Shown piece by piece: positions 50,471 to 64,000 of a stretch of DNA of 64,000 bases. Source of the DNA: Lama guanicoe (lineage: Eukaryota). Both the position numbers and the translations under genes were made by a program. The notes beneath the pieces were generated by a model that worked only from the letters and a program-made list of their open reading frames with translations, was not told the origin of the DNA and did not search any database. The stretch lies in NCBI GenBank assembly GCA_013239625.1, contig MU056573.1:6418552-6482551 (forward strand). Reading direction: 5' to 3'. Position 1 is the first letter of the stretch. Every line of letters begins with the position of its first letter.

Positions 50471-53400
50471 ACTTTTATTTGCAAGTAATTAAGATACTAC
50501 CAGAGATTCACTGTCTTAAAGCCAGTAAGTATGATGGCTGTGAGCTTAACTCAAGGCTTAGACATCACATGATACTTTTCTGGTCGTCCACCAATAGATG
50601 GGTCTTAAATTTAAATGGGCTGTTCTGTCTGCTTTTCCCCTTGGTTCTCAGGTCTCATGTCTCTTGACTGTTCTCTCTAGAGACCACTTAGTCCTTATGC
50701 AAATGGTGGCTTTAGAAAGTTCCTTGTCTATGTAAGCCTTTGCAAATGGTATGACCAAATAGCAGGAAAAGGGATCTTCCTTCCCCGTGGCTTTGCAGGT
50801 GGATACTCAAAACTTGGTCCTGTCCAGGGTGGTTCCTGCCACAGTTTGGGGCAACAAAACCAGCCTCACCAGTTTCCAGGACTTCATGTTCCCGTTGGGA
50901 AATCTTGGTATACAAAGGGATTCCATTAAGGATGACTACACCACAGGAAGTGAGCAGAAGCCAGCAGAATATTGCCACATCTGAAAGCATCTGAAATTTC
51001 CTCTGGGCTCCAACGGTGATCTTGTTTTCTTTACTAGAAAGTCTTATTCCAATCTTTCTTTGGTTGTTGTAAAAACCACTTTTAATTTTCTGTTCACATT
51101 TGTATCCTTAGTATCTTTTCACTCACTCTCTCTGCTTATACTTTGCCTCCTGAAAGAGTTCAGATAAGGAATTTTAAAAAGCTAGTGTTATCTCTACTGT
51201 TAAGATTTAATGCCGAGGAATTATGCAGTTTCCCACCTCTTATGTAAATTCGTGACTGCTCGGCGCTGGATGCGAGGGAACATGCCACAGCCTCCACCCA
51301 ACAGCCTTCGCATCCAGAGTCGGGACTTACTGTTGTCCCTTCTATTTGGCTTTAAGGGTAGAAGACAGGAGAAGCAGTAAGAGGCTCACAGGCTGCTGTC
51401 CCTCTGCATATTTCAAGTCATCCTGAAGAGTAACAAGCAGGTGAAACAGCCTTGAGAGCATGACTTTAGTTTAGCTCAAGATCCACGTATAAAACTGGAT
51501 TTTTCCAACAAGGTCCTGATACAACAAAATTCCAGAAGAATCAGGATAGTCAAGTTCTATTTCCTGTTGTGTTGAGAAATATAAATCCCTAAACTGGCAA
51601 ATATATGAAAATTGTACTGCACTGTTGAAATTTTCGCAAAACAGAATTTGGTGCTATTTTTATTCACTTGAAGATTTTAGTCTATCTTGTTATCAGTGTC
51701 TTTGACAGGATGAGATTACCCTGCCAACTGTGTTTTCTTGCGAAGGAAGGACTATTCTTTACAATGAAAGTGTTCCCTTACTCCTTTATTAAATTTTTTA
51801 ACTTTTTTTTTTAAGTGAGATTGATACTAGTTAACTTACACATATATTCCTTATTGGCATAAATTTAAAGTTGGCAACACTCTGTAGGTTCTAAAGTTAC
51901 GGGAAATCTTTGTTAAAATTGAAAACCGGTTAACTCTGGGTGTTAGGGAGCCTGGATGCAGAGTCACTCAGAACTAGATACCTGTGTCTACAGCTCTGGG
52001 CCAAGTGGACTGTGGTTTTTAAGTCTCTTCAAAAGCAAAACTTCTATAACCTTTTGATTCTAAATAAGGAATCGCCAGAGTTTAATCTGAAATTTGGTTA
52101 GCACCTTCTGGGAAGCCTCTGAGTGACTCCGAGTTTGGGGGAGCTGTTAGCTGCCCTCCAGAGCTACCCTCCCCGCCGTGATACACATCACGTGCGTGGA
52201 GCTCTGACCACTCTCAGCTCGCCACAGCTCCTGTGCTCTCCCCCGAGGAAGTCCAGAAAGGGGTTTGTTTTGGTGGAGGAGAGAATTCCATCGTCAAAGC
52301 CTCCATCCGAACCTTGGTCAGAAACTTCTTGGGTTCTACACTTTCCACAGCAAAGTGGTTACCTCTACGCTGAATTCATGCTTTCTACCTGATAGCAGAG
52401 ATTCCACTTTGCAGTTTGAAGACCATAAGGCAAATAGAGTCCAGAAGTTTGGCATAGGGTCTGTCTTAGCTACATCAAAGGATGGAGCGTGGCACAGAGT
52501 CACTGGATAGAGGCAGGTCTGTCAATTTCTCAGAGTCTCAGTTTCATCGCCTACAGAGGGGGGACAACAACGGCGCCTGCCTGACAGGACTGTTGTGAAG
52601 ATGAAGAGAAAGAACATACGTCAATGAACGGGGCCCCGTGGGAGACACTCATGGAATGCTTCCTTTCACACACTAGCAGAGTGCCCCTCTTCTCTTTCTT
52701 ACTTAACTGTAACCTCCCTGAGGGTATGCAGCCTTTTTGAGAATAATATCTGTCTTTAACTCCTCTGTGATTTTTATCCACTGTTTCGTTCATCTTTAAT
52801 GCCCAGAGCCCGACACACCACATGGCACAGAGGAGAGATTCAGTGCAGATTTGCCAAGTGACCGAATAAACGAATTTTGGCCCACCCAGTGATTGAGACA
52901 TTATGGGGCAGGGGTGCTTCTATTAAAATTTGCTGGCAGAAATGCCCTGGGGAATATTTTCTTACCAGTTGCTTTAAAATGCCCCCTGCCCCTTTCCCAA
53001 GGGGGTGACCCTTTTTAGTTTCTTTTCCAGCAGCGGAAGAGAGCCTAGTGGAATTTTCCAGGCTGAAGACTTTAGGGAGTCTACTGATATTTTTATAACA
53101 TATGGTGTTAAAAACAATTGCACGTGTGCCCAGAAACGTTTTAAGGCATGAATTCCAGCGTCCAATTTTATTTGATTTCAGAAACTTAGTAAACAAGAAA
53201 CACAACCCAGTTATTGTTCTTTAAATAAAAATCAGAGATCTACAATTAATAGCAGCAAAACAGAAACATCAGGAATGCTTCCTCGGGCGGTGGAGTCTGT
53301 TATGTGTCACCCAAGAGCCAGGCAACAAGTGGGCATTGTGTTAAGGTTCCATAGAAGGGACACAGACATGTGGCGGGATGACAGCTTATTAAATGTCACC

Positions 53401-53832
53401 CAGCAAAGGCCACTCACACAGGATGCATGTCAATAATCATATTTTCCTCGTCTGCTGTAGCCTCCTGCAAGACGCACATGCTGCAGAAAGTTCGAGAGTG
53501 AATTGCAAAAAGCGTTAAGGTTCTCATGACGTAAATGACCCAGCAATTCAGGAAATAAAGCCGAATAAAAATTTTTTTTTAAACTATCAATAACAGAAGT
53601 AAACCAAACACAGAGCCTGAGGTTTTGAACCCTCCTGGGGACCCCGGTTACTTATTTCTCATGCTGGAGAGCATTCACGTCCTTAAGACGGTCACCGCTG
53701 TCACCTCTGCTCATGCTCATTCTTCTCGCTCTTTCCCGTGGGCTAAAAGGGGAGCAGTGTTGCTGCTCTGGTGGGATGGGGGTAAAGACAAGGTCAGTGT
53801 CAGACTAGGAGCCAGACAGAGCTCATACTTAC

Positions 53833-54027
53833 TGCTCGCTTGGAAGTGAAGAGTTTCTCGACATCGCCTTTGGTGACAAGTCATAGTCGCTGTCTGATCT
53901 GTAGAGAAAGGACTCTCTGCGCTGGCTGTGCCCGGGAAAGGTGGCGTGAAGCACCAGCCCAGAGGAAGAGCCGGCCTGGGGGTCCAGTGGGCTCCGACCT
54001 GGGGAAGGGCCATTTTCCACATCAAAG
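53833..54027 (-). CDS. PDE4B: PDE4B UCR1 exon, 195 nt, phase 2-2: [64 protein letters not shown](Q); contains the PKA site RRES
   Basis: Peptide seen in ORF 53829..54134(-). Acceptor ctttctctttaag|CTTTGAT, donor GAGCA|gtaagt. Confidence 0.98.
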
Positions 54028-54094
54028 CTTAAAGAGAAAGCAGAAAGCTGGTCACATGAGAACCACGGAGCAGGGCACCTGACATACAGACATG

Positions 54095-54265
54095 GAGACC
54101 CAGTGCCTGCCAGGCACTTTACATGGGACGTCACATGTCATGGGAAGTTTTAATTCTCCAAACAGCTCTGAGTTGCAGACATTCTCACTCTCGTTTTGTA
54201 CAAAGGAAACGGTCCCACAGAAGTTCAGTCACTGGCAAATAGTGGAGCCAGGAGCAAAGCCCCAT
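54095..54265 (-). mobile_element. MIR SINE about 70 nt upstream (in transcription direction) of the UCR1 exon acceptor
   Basis: tgccaggcactttacatg...tttaattctc...aggaaac...agtggagccagga; accounts for the non-PDE4B N-terminus of ORF 53829..54134. Confidence 0.65.
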
Positions 54266-57200
54266 GGCCTTTCAGCGGCATGAGCAACTTTGACAATTTC
54301 ATAAAATAAACTGGTGCTAACAGGCACCTCCAGACACAGCATCTAACACAGCTCTAAGTGTCAGACACTCAACTATCACTTGAATGAGTCTTCCTAGCTG
54401 GGAGACGTCCTCCTGCCCTAAGTATCAGTCTCATTAAAGATACAATATGCGTATTTCTGAATGTTTCAGGAACAAAGTGCCATCCTGGAAATATCCACTG
54501 GCTGATGAAATGGGAGGCCCAGTCTGACACTTTATATTCATATACAAGTTTAACCACAGAAAATGACTTAATCTGATTATGCCAATCGCCCTCCAAGGCT
54601 GCGGAGCTCCCCTGCTGGAGGACAATCCGGCTCTGGCAGAGGGATGCTACTGAGATTTCCGGTCAGTCCCCCTCACTCTGGAGAGGTACCCTCAAGCCCA
54701 GTATTGCGTGAACGAGCTCTGATAAGTGGACACGCAAGTGGAAGCAGTAGAGATTTTGTCTCGTTTTCTCTCGCGTGGTCCTGCTGTCTCCTTAGGCACT
54801 GTGTGTTTCCCACGCTCTCCATCAGCCCTTACACGTCTCCCTGCGCGCACAACCTCCCTTAGCCTCGTTGGCAGTAACGCTCTTGCCTTGCATTTCTCTA
54901 GACCACTCACTGCCCCTCCGCTAAAGCTCTGCAGAAAGGTGTGGGAGAAGGTGTGGGGCTGGGGCTGCTCTCTTTTCCAAGCTGGACCACAATAGTGGGC
55001 TGCTTCTGTGCTCACTCTGCTGCCACGACTCACTTCTACATTTGTGGTTCTTTTTCTTTACTAGCTATTGCAGCTCACTCTCTTGAGGTGGATTCTGAGT
55101 ATATTTCTTTAGTTCACAAGTTGCTCTCTGATCCATTTATTCCATTTACCCCTCCTAACGACCCTGTGAAGTACAGATCTACGTTTGAGGAAGGCGAGGC
55201 TTGGAGAGATTTTAAACACCTCGCTCAAAGTCACAGGCTAGTAAGTTGCAGAGCAAGAACTGGAAGACGCAAGTCGTCTAACCTAGTCCTGTACGACCCC
55301 AGACTTCTCTAATCACAGAATTCCAGAATGGCTCTCTGGGTCCCTGAGCGCCATTTCCCTTCAGTCTCGAGACTCAAACATTTGTGTTTGCTATGTAGAG
55401 AATCATTTGGATTATGAGCAACCTTGGCTGTTATCTTGAATAAAGGCAGGGTGGCAGTGAATCGCCCTGAAGCTGTAGGTTTCACTGAAACAGGGAAAGA
55501 AGAAATGCAGAACTCTGGGTTATAATACTTCCCCAGAGACCATTAGCTGCTCTTAGCCAACCCACAAGCGCCGGGGGTCTGGTCAGAAGCAGCAAGTGAG
55601 ACTCTCTGGTTAAGAGGGCAAGCAAGAGCCCTAACAGCCCACTTTACGTATTTGGGCTTTCAAGGTTCTGCAGATGGATTTTCACAGCAGGCTCATGGTC
55701 TGGGATGGGGCTGTCTTTCCTGCAGGCAGGTGGGGAATCACTCACACATTCCAGCCTGTTTGCCAGCCTGCACGGAGGTAGGGCTATGTTGGAAGCCAAA
55801 TACATTACCACAGGTGAAAATATAACATAAGCCGACTTGCACACTTTCCTTGGGTGAGACCTATACCAGCTGCTGAGCAAAATAAAGAGCTCCTTTGTGG
55901 ATAAGGCCACCTCTGTGCCACCCACAGCCTGTAGGACTAGTAGGTTTGATGCTGGCTCTGAACTTCAGGTCAAAGAGGGCAGGCTCTTAAAAGGTAAAGA
56001 TGGGACTATCTAAAGCTTAAAAGTGAGCATAAGCTTGGATATTTCATGTGCACTCATGTTGTAATTCACTTGGTATCTTCTGTACGGGCTTTAAGGGTAT
56101 TAAAACATTGAAATACTTCTGTAATAGTTCGCAGCCGGCCACTGCCCCAGACCCTCCAGGATCTGCTGGACTTCCTGGTTATCCAGCAACTGAAGGGTTG
56201 GTGTCTGGAACAGCAGGGGGCCTCTGGCTTCCGCATGGCGGCCTGTGTCCATTTAATCAGTCAGTGCCCATGCAGGACAAGTCATTAAATATTGTGAATG
56301 TCACTGCTGTGTGTATCTGCGCTAAAATCTTAGAAGGGGTGCCAAGTGGGTAGGCCTACCAAACTCTCAGAACTTCTTCCCATTGAGGGTTTTCACCAGG
56401 GCACACTCCGCCCTCTTCCCTGCTGCAGGCACTCCTAGGGGGTGGAAAGCGAGTCCACAAGCGTTCCCCTTTAAGTAGCTGTCACACGGCACCCTGCCCC
56501 CAGTGTTAGTATCCAGGAAGTTTGGTCCTGCCAGGTGAGCAGGGACTCGACCCAACATTAAAACTCTCTCTTGTTTTGTTTTTCTTTTTTCTTCCTTCTT
56601 TACCCTGCCTAAACTCATAGAAGAGCTTGCTGGAATTCAGAAGAAGCCAAGGAAGAATTCTCTGGTGCAAAGAAGCAGTCTCAGTGAGACAAATGGCCTT
56701 TCATATTCCCTGTGGCACTGTTTCAAAGCAACCAACACGGATGTTCAACTTAGGAACAAACATGAATCACCAACCAGACACCAGCCCCAGTCACAGCAAA
56801 ATTAACGGACAGACATCACAATACGTCCCACAGATCCAGGGTGGGAAGAGGAGGGTGGGCAAGGGGGAGACGGAGGACAGACTTAACCGGCAAAACGAAT
56901 ATACCCCACAGACTGAAATACAATTAGGGAGAAAACGGAATCTGAGATGCCAGAAACAAACATACAAATGGGGTCATCATTTTGGGTAATTTTTGCCTCT
57001 GTCCTAATCAGGACACACATTTCACCTTCAGGGTTGTTTTTTCTTTAATATGAAAAAACATTATTTTAAAAGTAAATAAGAATGTTTTATAAAATATAAA
57101 CAATAGAGAAAATATTAGCAGTTTAGTATGGTTTCTTTTTTTAAATATTTTTTCTGCAGGCTTGAATCTTGATTTTTTTTTTCCACGAGTTTTTTCATGG

Positions 57201-57302
57201 AATGCACAGTTTCCAGAATTATCATTTTCCATGTCCGGGGAACTTAATGCTTCATCCAGCAGTTGCACCAAACTTTCTTAAGCAATTCCTCCTATTATTA
57301 GC

Positions 57303-57406
57303 CATTGTATTTATGATTTTGAATAACATTGTAATTGATATCATTGAGTTTACACATTGTATTTATGATTTTAAATAACATTGTAATTGATATCATTGAG
57401 TTTACA
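57303..57406. repeat. Tandem duplication, 52 bp x2
   Basis: 57303-57354 and 57355-57406 differ by one substitution (ttttgaata/ttttaaata). Confidence 0.97.
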
Positions 57407-60400
57407 GATTTTTCGATGAGGCCACCCAGAAGTTTCAGCTAGGTTGAGAAAGGATGTCACTCACGAGTTTCTGAATTTCTGACTGTACCTGCCCACAGCC
57501 AGCACATGGGCTGAAGCAGTACTGAAAGCGGACTTTTTCTAGGAGCAGAGACACCCCCATGGCCCCACGCCCTGCCCTCCAGTCCAGCTCTCTGATGCCC
57601 AGGATGCTGCTCGCTGCCTGCTGACCCCCGGGGGTCCGTCTGCCTCGGCAGACCGCCTGGCACTGAACCAACTGCTTGCTGTCTGAGACTTAAGATTTTA
57701 ACAACTTTCTCCGGCGTTGTGTCTAGACTTCTCAGGGCAGCTGCAGTGGTGGGTGATGCCATGTGAGGGAGGTGGCGCCCCCTGTGACTAGAACGCACCT
57801 TTCACCACTGTCTCCAGTAAGTCACTATTTAAAGGTCAGCTCACTCACGTCACCTCCTCTAGTAGATAATTCCTTACGCTGCAGCTACCAGTTCGATTTA
57901 GACACATAGTCCTCTGTGCTCGCCTAGACTCCTTCACTTGATCACAGTATTTGATCACAGTATTTGTGATCTCTATTTAATTTTCCATTTAATTCTCCAC
58001 TTATTTAGCTGCTCCACAATAGAGTCCATTAGAGATGTGGCATTTGATCTAAAAATAATAAGAAACTGCAGTGTTCTCCCCGAACAAAACAAACTTACAT
58101 AGAAAAACCACTGGCTTAGACGTTTGAGATATCTTTATACAAACCCCCGTGAGGGGGTTTGTTTGCCATCTGCTTGGTCTCTTTCTTTTAAATAAAAGCG
58201 GGAACATTCTCTGCCCCACTTCCTCTCCTGGTGGTTTCCATTCCCTGGGAATCCACGCAAAGCCAGCCCTGCCCTGCAGCTGCCAGGGAGCCAGCAGGTG
58301 GCGGAAGACGGCTACAACTCCCTCCAGATGCACCTCTCCGCCTCCGATCGGAGCAGGTGGGGCTGCTTGCCCGTCCTGGAAGGAGAAATAGGACTGAAGC
58401 CTTATTCATAAGCCTGGGAGGAAATATCAGGGATAAAGAGTAGAACCACAAGGTGTGTACGTGAAACCTTTTATTAAACTAAGGGAGGCTCCACTTCCAA
58501 GCATTCAAGCTAAGCCAGGAGGTTGCAGAGTTGCCTGCAATGGTCCCTGTGGTGGCTGTTACCGATCCCCCACTGCTGTAACAAAGACTCATGAAGCAGC
58601 GTCCTAGGAATAACTCACTTCTGAGTCAGAGGAGACTTCTCTTTTCCAACTCAGTCCTTCTCTAGATGTAAGAGAAGTCTCATAGTATATAATATACAAT
58701 AAGTCTCTGGTTTATTCTCATAGAGCCCCCCTGAAAAGACCGCAGACTACAGAAGAAGAGGTCTAAGCTCGCAGGTCAGCCGAGTGGCTCACCACCCCTT
58801 GGGGAGAGCGTTCTGCGTCTCGATTTTGCTTTTCTTTCTTAAAAATTTACTCATGGAGTGTCATCTACATCACTGGATTCTCACAACTCTGGGCTGATTC
58901 TCTTCCCCTCATTTCAAAGAGGAGAGAAAAAAAAAGAGGTGCCAAAATGGGAAGCTGTGAACAATTCTAAAGCGCGAACTCTTCTAATTACATCCTATCA
59001 TCTGTGCCCAGGGGCATCTGCATATCCTCACGGACCCTCCTTGACCCCAGAACCGACCACACTGGGCTGTACTTGAGCTTACGTATCTCTTTCACTCCAT
59101 TAGACTGCGCCTTTGAAACAGGGACTAAAGCCTTATTCATCTTATGTTCCCAGGGCCTAGAACGGAGTTTCACGCCGGATGGCAGATAACAAATATTTGC
59201 TGAACAAATGCGAGGACCTCACCAGTTGATATCTTTTATCTGACAAAAAGCCACTTCTGTTTGGATTAAAACCTCTGGCCAGTAGAGACCTTAGAGGAGT
59301 TCCTGAGTGGGGTCAATAGGTTCCTTCTCCCTCGTTCTCCCCCATCCTCCCTGCAGTATCCCAGGAATTCCATCCCACAAATTTTGGCTTTTGAGAACAT
59401 TTTGTCTACAGTAAGGTGTACGTTTAGGTATGGAGTCTGTGTGTGTAAGCGTGTGCTGTTGGGGGGGTATATTTGTGAAAAACGGCTATGTTTCTGTAAA
59501 GTTCTGTTAGAAAATATTTCCTGCAATTATGTTCAGAAACTAACATCTTCAAATGCTTGCTTATCATTTTGATAAGAATAACCATTCACTAAGATGCCTG
59601 TATTGGCCGTCACCTCCATGTGCTATCTGGTCCCCCTGTACATGGGGGAGCTGCACAGGGGTGTGCTTTTTCACCCACAATGACAGTGACCCACCTTTAT
59701 ATAATTAATGGCTGCAGGCTGCAGCCAGTCCTAATTTCTAATGAAGGACTTAACTGTGCAAAATCACAGTCAGCATGACGTAAAGCCCATGTCCCAGCTG
59801 AGAGCGAGCAGACCTCCTCCGGTCACAGTTAGAGCAGAACATCACAGTCCTGCCCTCAGAATCCAGTTCCAAAGTCTTGCCTTCCCTTGACATTCAGCTC
59901 ATCTGAATTCTAGAAGCAGTTGCCCACAGCTTTTCTTTTTTTCCTGGGGGCTTTGAAAACTACATCCACAGCCATAATCCAAACCTGCTTTCCCCACAGA
60001 CGGCTTTAAGCAGACGTAGCTGAGTAATGCCCGTGAGCTCTGGGATTCTGGGGCTCTGGCTTCCAGATCCTGCTCTGTGGGGAAATAACGGACGTGAAAC
60101 CAGGGGCTCCCTGCATGCTGCCCCCCACGTCTTAGTCCTTCCCCATGGAAATCAGTGAAGCAGTGAATCAGGAGAAGATCGTTGAGGGACCTCCGAGATT
60201 AATCATCTTACAGAGATTTTAGAAAGGGAAGCAACACTGCTTCTCAAGTGTGGTTTTTTATATGGTTAATGATAACTCATTCACTCAATAAATATTTATT
60301 AGCACCCATTATGAAACAAGGCACTGTTCTAGAGCTGAGAATTCAGCAGTGTGTAAGACGGACAAGGTTCTTGTGGGAAGAGATGGACAGTAAATAAATC

Positions 60401-62449
60401 AAAAGAGATAATTTCAGAAAGTGATAAATGCGATGGAGAAAATAAAACCTAAGGTATGGTGGAGACAGGTGCAAGAAGAGTCTTTCTTTAGTTTGTGTGG
60501 TCAGCGGGCCCACCTTTACAGCTGCGTGGACTGTTCATTGCTCTACACCAGGTGCACCGCCCAGATTCCTCAGGTGGTGTCATCTGAGATGAGCTCTGAT
60601 AGGGGCAGTAGTAAATTCTGTCCTCCCGTCTCCATTTTCACTCCCTTTTAAACCAAAGAATTGGGTCAAGTGATATTTGGGTTTGAATGCGGTGCCGTTT
60701 ATTAAGCTAGTGACTTAATTTTCCTCTTCCCTGCTCCCCTCTTTTCTGAGCTGAGTTAGCTGCTCCATGGCCTCATACAGCGATCTCTGTACTGACATCT
60801 GTCTATTGGTGTATCTCCACCATAGCACTTGTTCAGCGTAATTGTTCATGTTTTTCTCTGCCTCCACAGGGCTGTGTTTCTTGAAGACACAGGACCTCTT
60901 TTTCATATTATTCATCCCATGGCCAAGGGGCATGCTTGTCAGAGGTACTTAATAAATGTCTGATGAATAAAAAAAATGAAGGATCCTGGGACCAGGATCC
61001 TCTTGATGCCCACCACTGACAGCACAGATGTACTTCTCCAACAAAAAGGAGCGTTAAGTAGTGTGGGGACATGGAGCCATCTCCTGCCCTCTGCTGTAAT
61101 CACCCCTAAAAGCCAGCTCCATGAAGAAGAACCAGGGGTTTGCTACCAAATGCCACCTGCAGAAAGGGGCTGAAACTCCTTCCACAGGGCACCAAGCCCA
61201 AGAAGGAGGCAAATGATCCCACCTGGCAATGGTCATCCTCATCCCTTGGTGTTGATGGCGTCGGGGATTGAAATGGCATGAATATTCCTCATGATGTCCC
61301 TTTGGCTGAGGGGTCTATGTTGCACGTTATTTTATTTGTTGAGCTCTTTTCTCAGGTTGTTAACATTTCACTAAAGAAATGCATAAGCAAAAATGTAATA
61401 CCAATATCTAATTTTTCTAATAGGATTGTAAGATGAGGGTCATTTAAAAATTTTTGTTTTAAATGCTTAGGAGCATATTTTAATGTGATCTTTTTATAAC
61501 TTTGCATTGTGCTACTCCTATACTATACGATTTAATGCACAAGAAAAAAATAGGACCGATGTAAACAATCCTACCTCGTAATTATAAGAACATTATTTCT
61601 AACATGTTTCCAAAATGCTCTGCCCAACTATTTCCAGGTAAAAATATAATGTTCAGAAACAGGAATGTTATGAAGTAAGTATATGTTTCTCTGTTTTCTA
61701 ATTATGGCTGAAATTTCATAAACCCAGTTGCAAACTTCCATTCTCTGAAACCTTCTAAGAGAATAGGACAACTCAACGCTTTCTCCCAGAGGTCTCCCAG
61801 ATGAGAATAATTTTGTGTGGGAATGTGTTTTGTGTGTGGACTTTATAAAGCAGGGGTGTGGGAGGGTGGGAACTTACTACGAGGCTGAGAACTTACTACT
61901 TTGCATTGCTGCTGCCCTAGCTGCACTTCAGATGTACATATTATTCTCCTAGCTCAGTAATTTTTTTTAGCCTACAATCTCCACTCTCCCTAAAAGGTTA
62001 CCATAAAAGATATTCAAATGGCCTCTTAATGAGATATAAATACTCTCATTTATAAGTTTGGTAGGCCTGCCAATAATAAGATCTATTAATTAAATAAAAT
62101 ATTTATTAAGAAATATGATGCCAGTTTCCAGTAGCTCAAAGGCAAGTGGAATTAACTACAAGAGAAATGAGATCAATCTGGGAAAACCTCTTACTCAATC
62201 AGTAACAGCTTCAAGAAATTGCTGCTTTCTTTTATAAGTTCTCACATACCATCTGGAAATCAGTTCCCGATTTCTGCTTGACACCTATAGCTAAAATATT
62301 GTAGATAAATGGTCAATTTAGCACATTTGTATATGCTCCAGTGATGGGGGACATGTTAACCCCATGAGACAATGAATTTCTCATTGTCTTTTGTATTGTT
62401 TTGATTGCTTAAGACTTGGGCCAGAGAATTTGAATTTATTCTAATCTTT

Positions 62450-63390
62450 AGCCTAAACCTCCTCCAGGAACTCCCACCATCCTCCATCCACTTACTCACC
62501 CCGTCTCTCTCACTGTGGTAAACAGAGCTGTCGTCTATTCAGTTGAATCATCCGTGACTTGGCATCCTTCCTCAACCCCACTTCCTCTACTCCAGATGAC
62601 CAATGAGTCCTATCTCCCTTACATCAGAGCTATACAATCTCTCTCTGCTGCCACTGCTTTATCGAGACATTAAAATCTCTCCTGAACTAGAGCAGCTACC
62701 CTGTGAATCTCCCTGCTTCCACTTTCCCTTCATCCTCCAAACCCTTCTCTACATAACAGCAAGAGCAATCTCTTAACACAAACATCAAATCATGTCATTG
62801 CATTTAGCATAAAATCCAAACTCCTTACCTAGATTACAAGTCCCTACATGATATCACCCCTGCCACCCCTCCAACATCACCTTGTGTTCAGCTTCAAGGG
62901 CTTTCTTTCTGTTCCAGAAACATGCCCAATCCTTTCCCACCTCAGCAATTTTGCAAGTGTGCTTTGTTCACTGGTATCTTTTCTTTGCTTCGAACAGTTC
63001 CTGGCTTATAGAAAGTGCTGAGCAAATATTTGTTGAATAAATGAATAAACGCTGCTCTCTGCTTATTACCTTCTTTACTCTTGGTACGGCTGCCTTCTCA
63101 TTTTTTAAGCCTAGTTAAAAGTCACCTAGTTAAAAAAAAATTCCTTCTCCAACCCATTATTTTAAAAGGATGACCCCTTTCATCATAGTACCTATTACAA
63201 CTTTTTGCTGCATCTCTTTGTATGCTTGCTATGTTCGAAATTGTGTTTTTTCACGTAAAACTCCAGGCTCCATGAGGGTCATCTATGGTATTTACTGATG
63301 TATTAACTAGTGTCTGGAAGTGTGCCTAGGATGTGGTGCTGGTTCCGAACCAATGTCCGTTCAGTGGATTAATGAATGAATAAATGAGTG
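62450..63390 (+). mobile_element. L2 remnants with two 3' tails
   Basis: aaaatccaaactccttacc; tails aaatattttgttgaataaatgaataaa (about 63024-63049) and aatgaatgaataaatg (about 63371-63386). Confidence 0.7.
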
Positions 63391-64000
63391 TGTGAGTATA
63401 TTAAATAACAACAATCACTTCACTGATTCAGAGCAGAGCCAACTTACTGCTATTTTTCAAAAAATAATTCTTCATTAGGAGAAGGACTCATTTATTGATT
63501 TCCTGTCATTGGCACAGCTCCCACACTAATCCTCAGGAAGCTCAAATTTAAAATATCAGTTGGCATAAAAACGTGTTACAGGTTTGAAGCGTTTTTTGGG
63601 GATTATTACGCTGGGCTTATTTCAGAAAATGAGACTCGTTCTGAGATCAAATTTCACGAGTCATTGACCTTTCAGAGACAGCTTCAAGTAGGTGTTGAGG
63701 TCTGTACGGAGGCTGCATTTCCAGTCCTACGTTGGTGAAAGGCCATTAACTTAATATCAAGAACCTGGTATTTCAAAAAATTATATTGTCTAGAGAACAA
63801 ATAGGCTATCTAGCCCTTTTTTTGGTGGAGGCAGGGGGTGGAAGGAGTGGCAGCATGGTTTGCTATTAACTCAAATCATAATCATAAAATTGGAAATCAT
63901 TGCCTCAGCCTCCGGTCTACAGGGCACTTAATAGTGTTTACGTCAGTTAACATCTGGCCTCCAAATGTTATCAGTCTCATATGCTGCACCTGCAGACAGC

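Larger units (their letters stand above)
1..64000 (-). other. PDE4B: Internal segment of the PDE4B gene (long-isoform UCR1/LR1 region; no first exon or catalytic exons recognised)
   Basis: Four GT-AG exons on the minus strand splice in frame into the PDE4 UCR1-LR1 peptide with PDE4B-type residues ([38 protein letters not shown]). Confidence 0.97.

Noticed and set aside
952-61242. The many 60-170 aa ORFs in the six-frame track
   Set aside because: No recognisable protein similarity; many begin at GTG/TTG, overlap repeats or run through N-gaps. Only parts of 53829..54134(-) and 45301..45609(-) are real PDE4B coding sequence, and 12087..12275(+) is a decayed L2 RT fragment
54028-64000. Alternative first exon of a long isoform (e.g. 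a PDE4B4/PDE4D3-type RRHSWIC exon)
   Set aside because: No matching coding sequence with a splice donor found by eye; the nearest look-alike near 56510 (TSWIL) lacks the motif and a donor

Overview
Mammalian genomic DNA, almost certainly camelid (two Vic-1-type tRNA-derived SINEs plus an artiodactyl-type L1 3' end; no Alu or Bov-tA seen). The whole window lies inside the PDE4B gene (cAMP-specific phosphodiesterase 4B), transcribed on the minus strand. Four coding exons are present, all GT-AG: 54027-53833 (195 nt, UCR1 with the PKA site RRES), 45571-45535 (37 nt), 45413-45343 (71 nt) and 34787-34738 (50 nt, linker LR1). They splice in frame to ...[117 protein letters not shown]... The rest is intron with MIR, L2, L1, LTR (MLT2, MER21-like, MER34-like) and MER5 relics, microsatellites and two N-gaps. 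Nearly all other ORFs in the track are chance ORFs. I found no convincing new biological system. The best leads are candidate intronic regulatory elements (repeated TGACGTAA CREs, a CTCF+CCAAT+CRE module, NF-kB/AP-1 clusters), a pre-miRNA-sized fold-back, an inverted LTR pair, a 28-bp perfect palindrome and tandem duplications that may be assembly artefacts. Repeat family names and boundaries come from visual recognition and are approximate.
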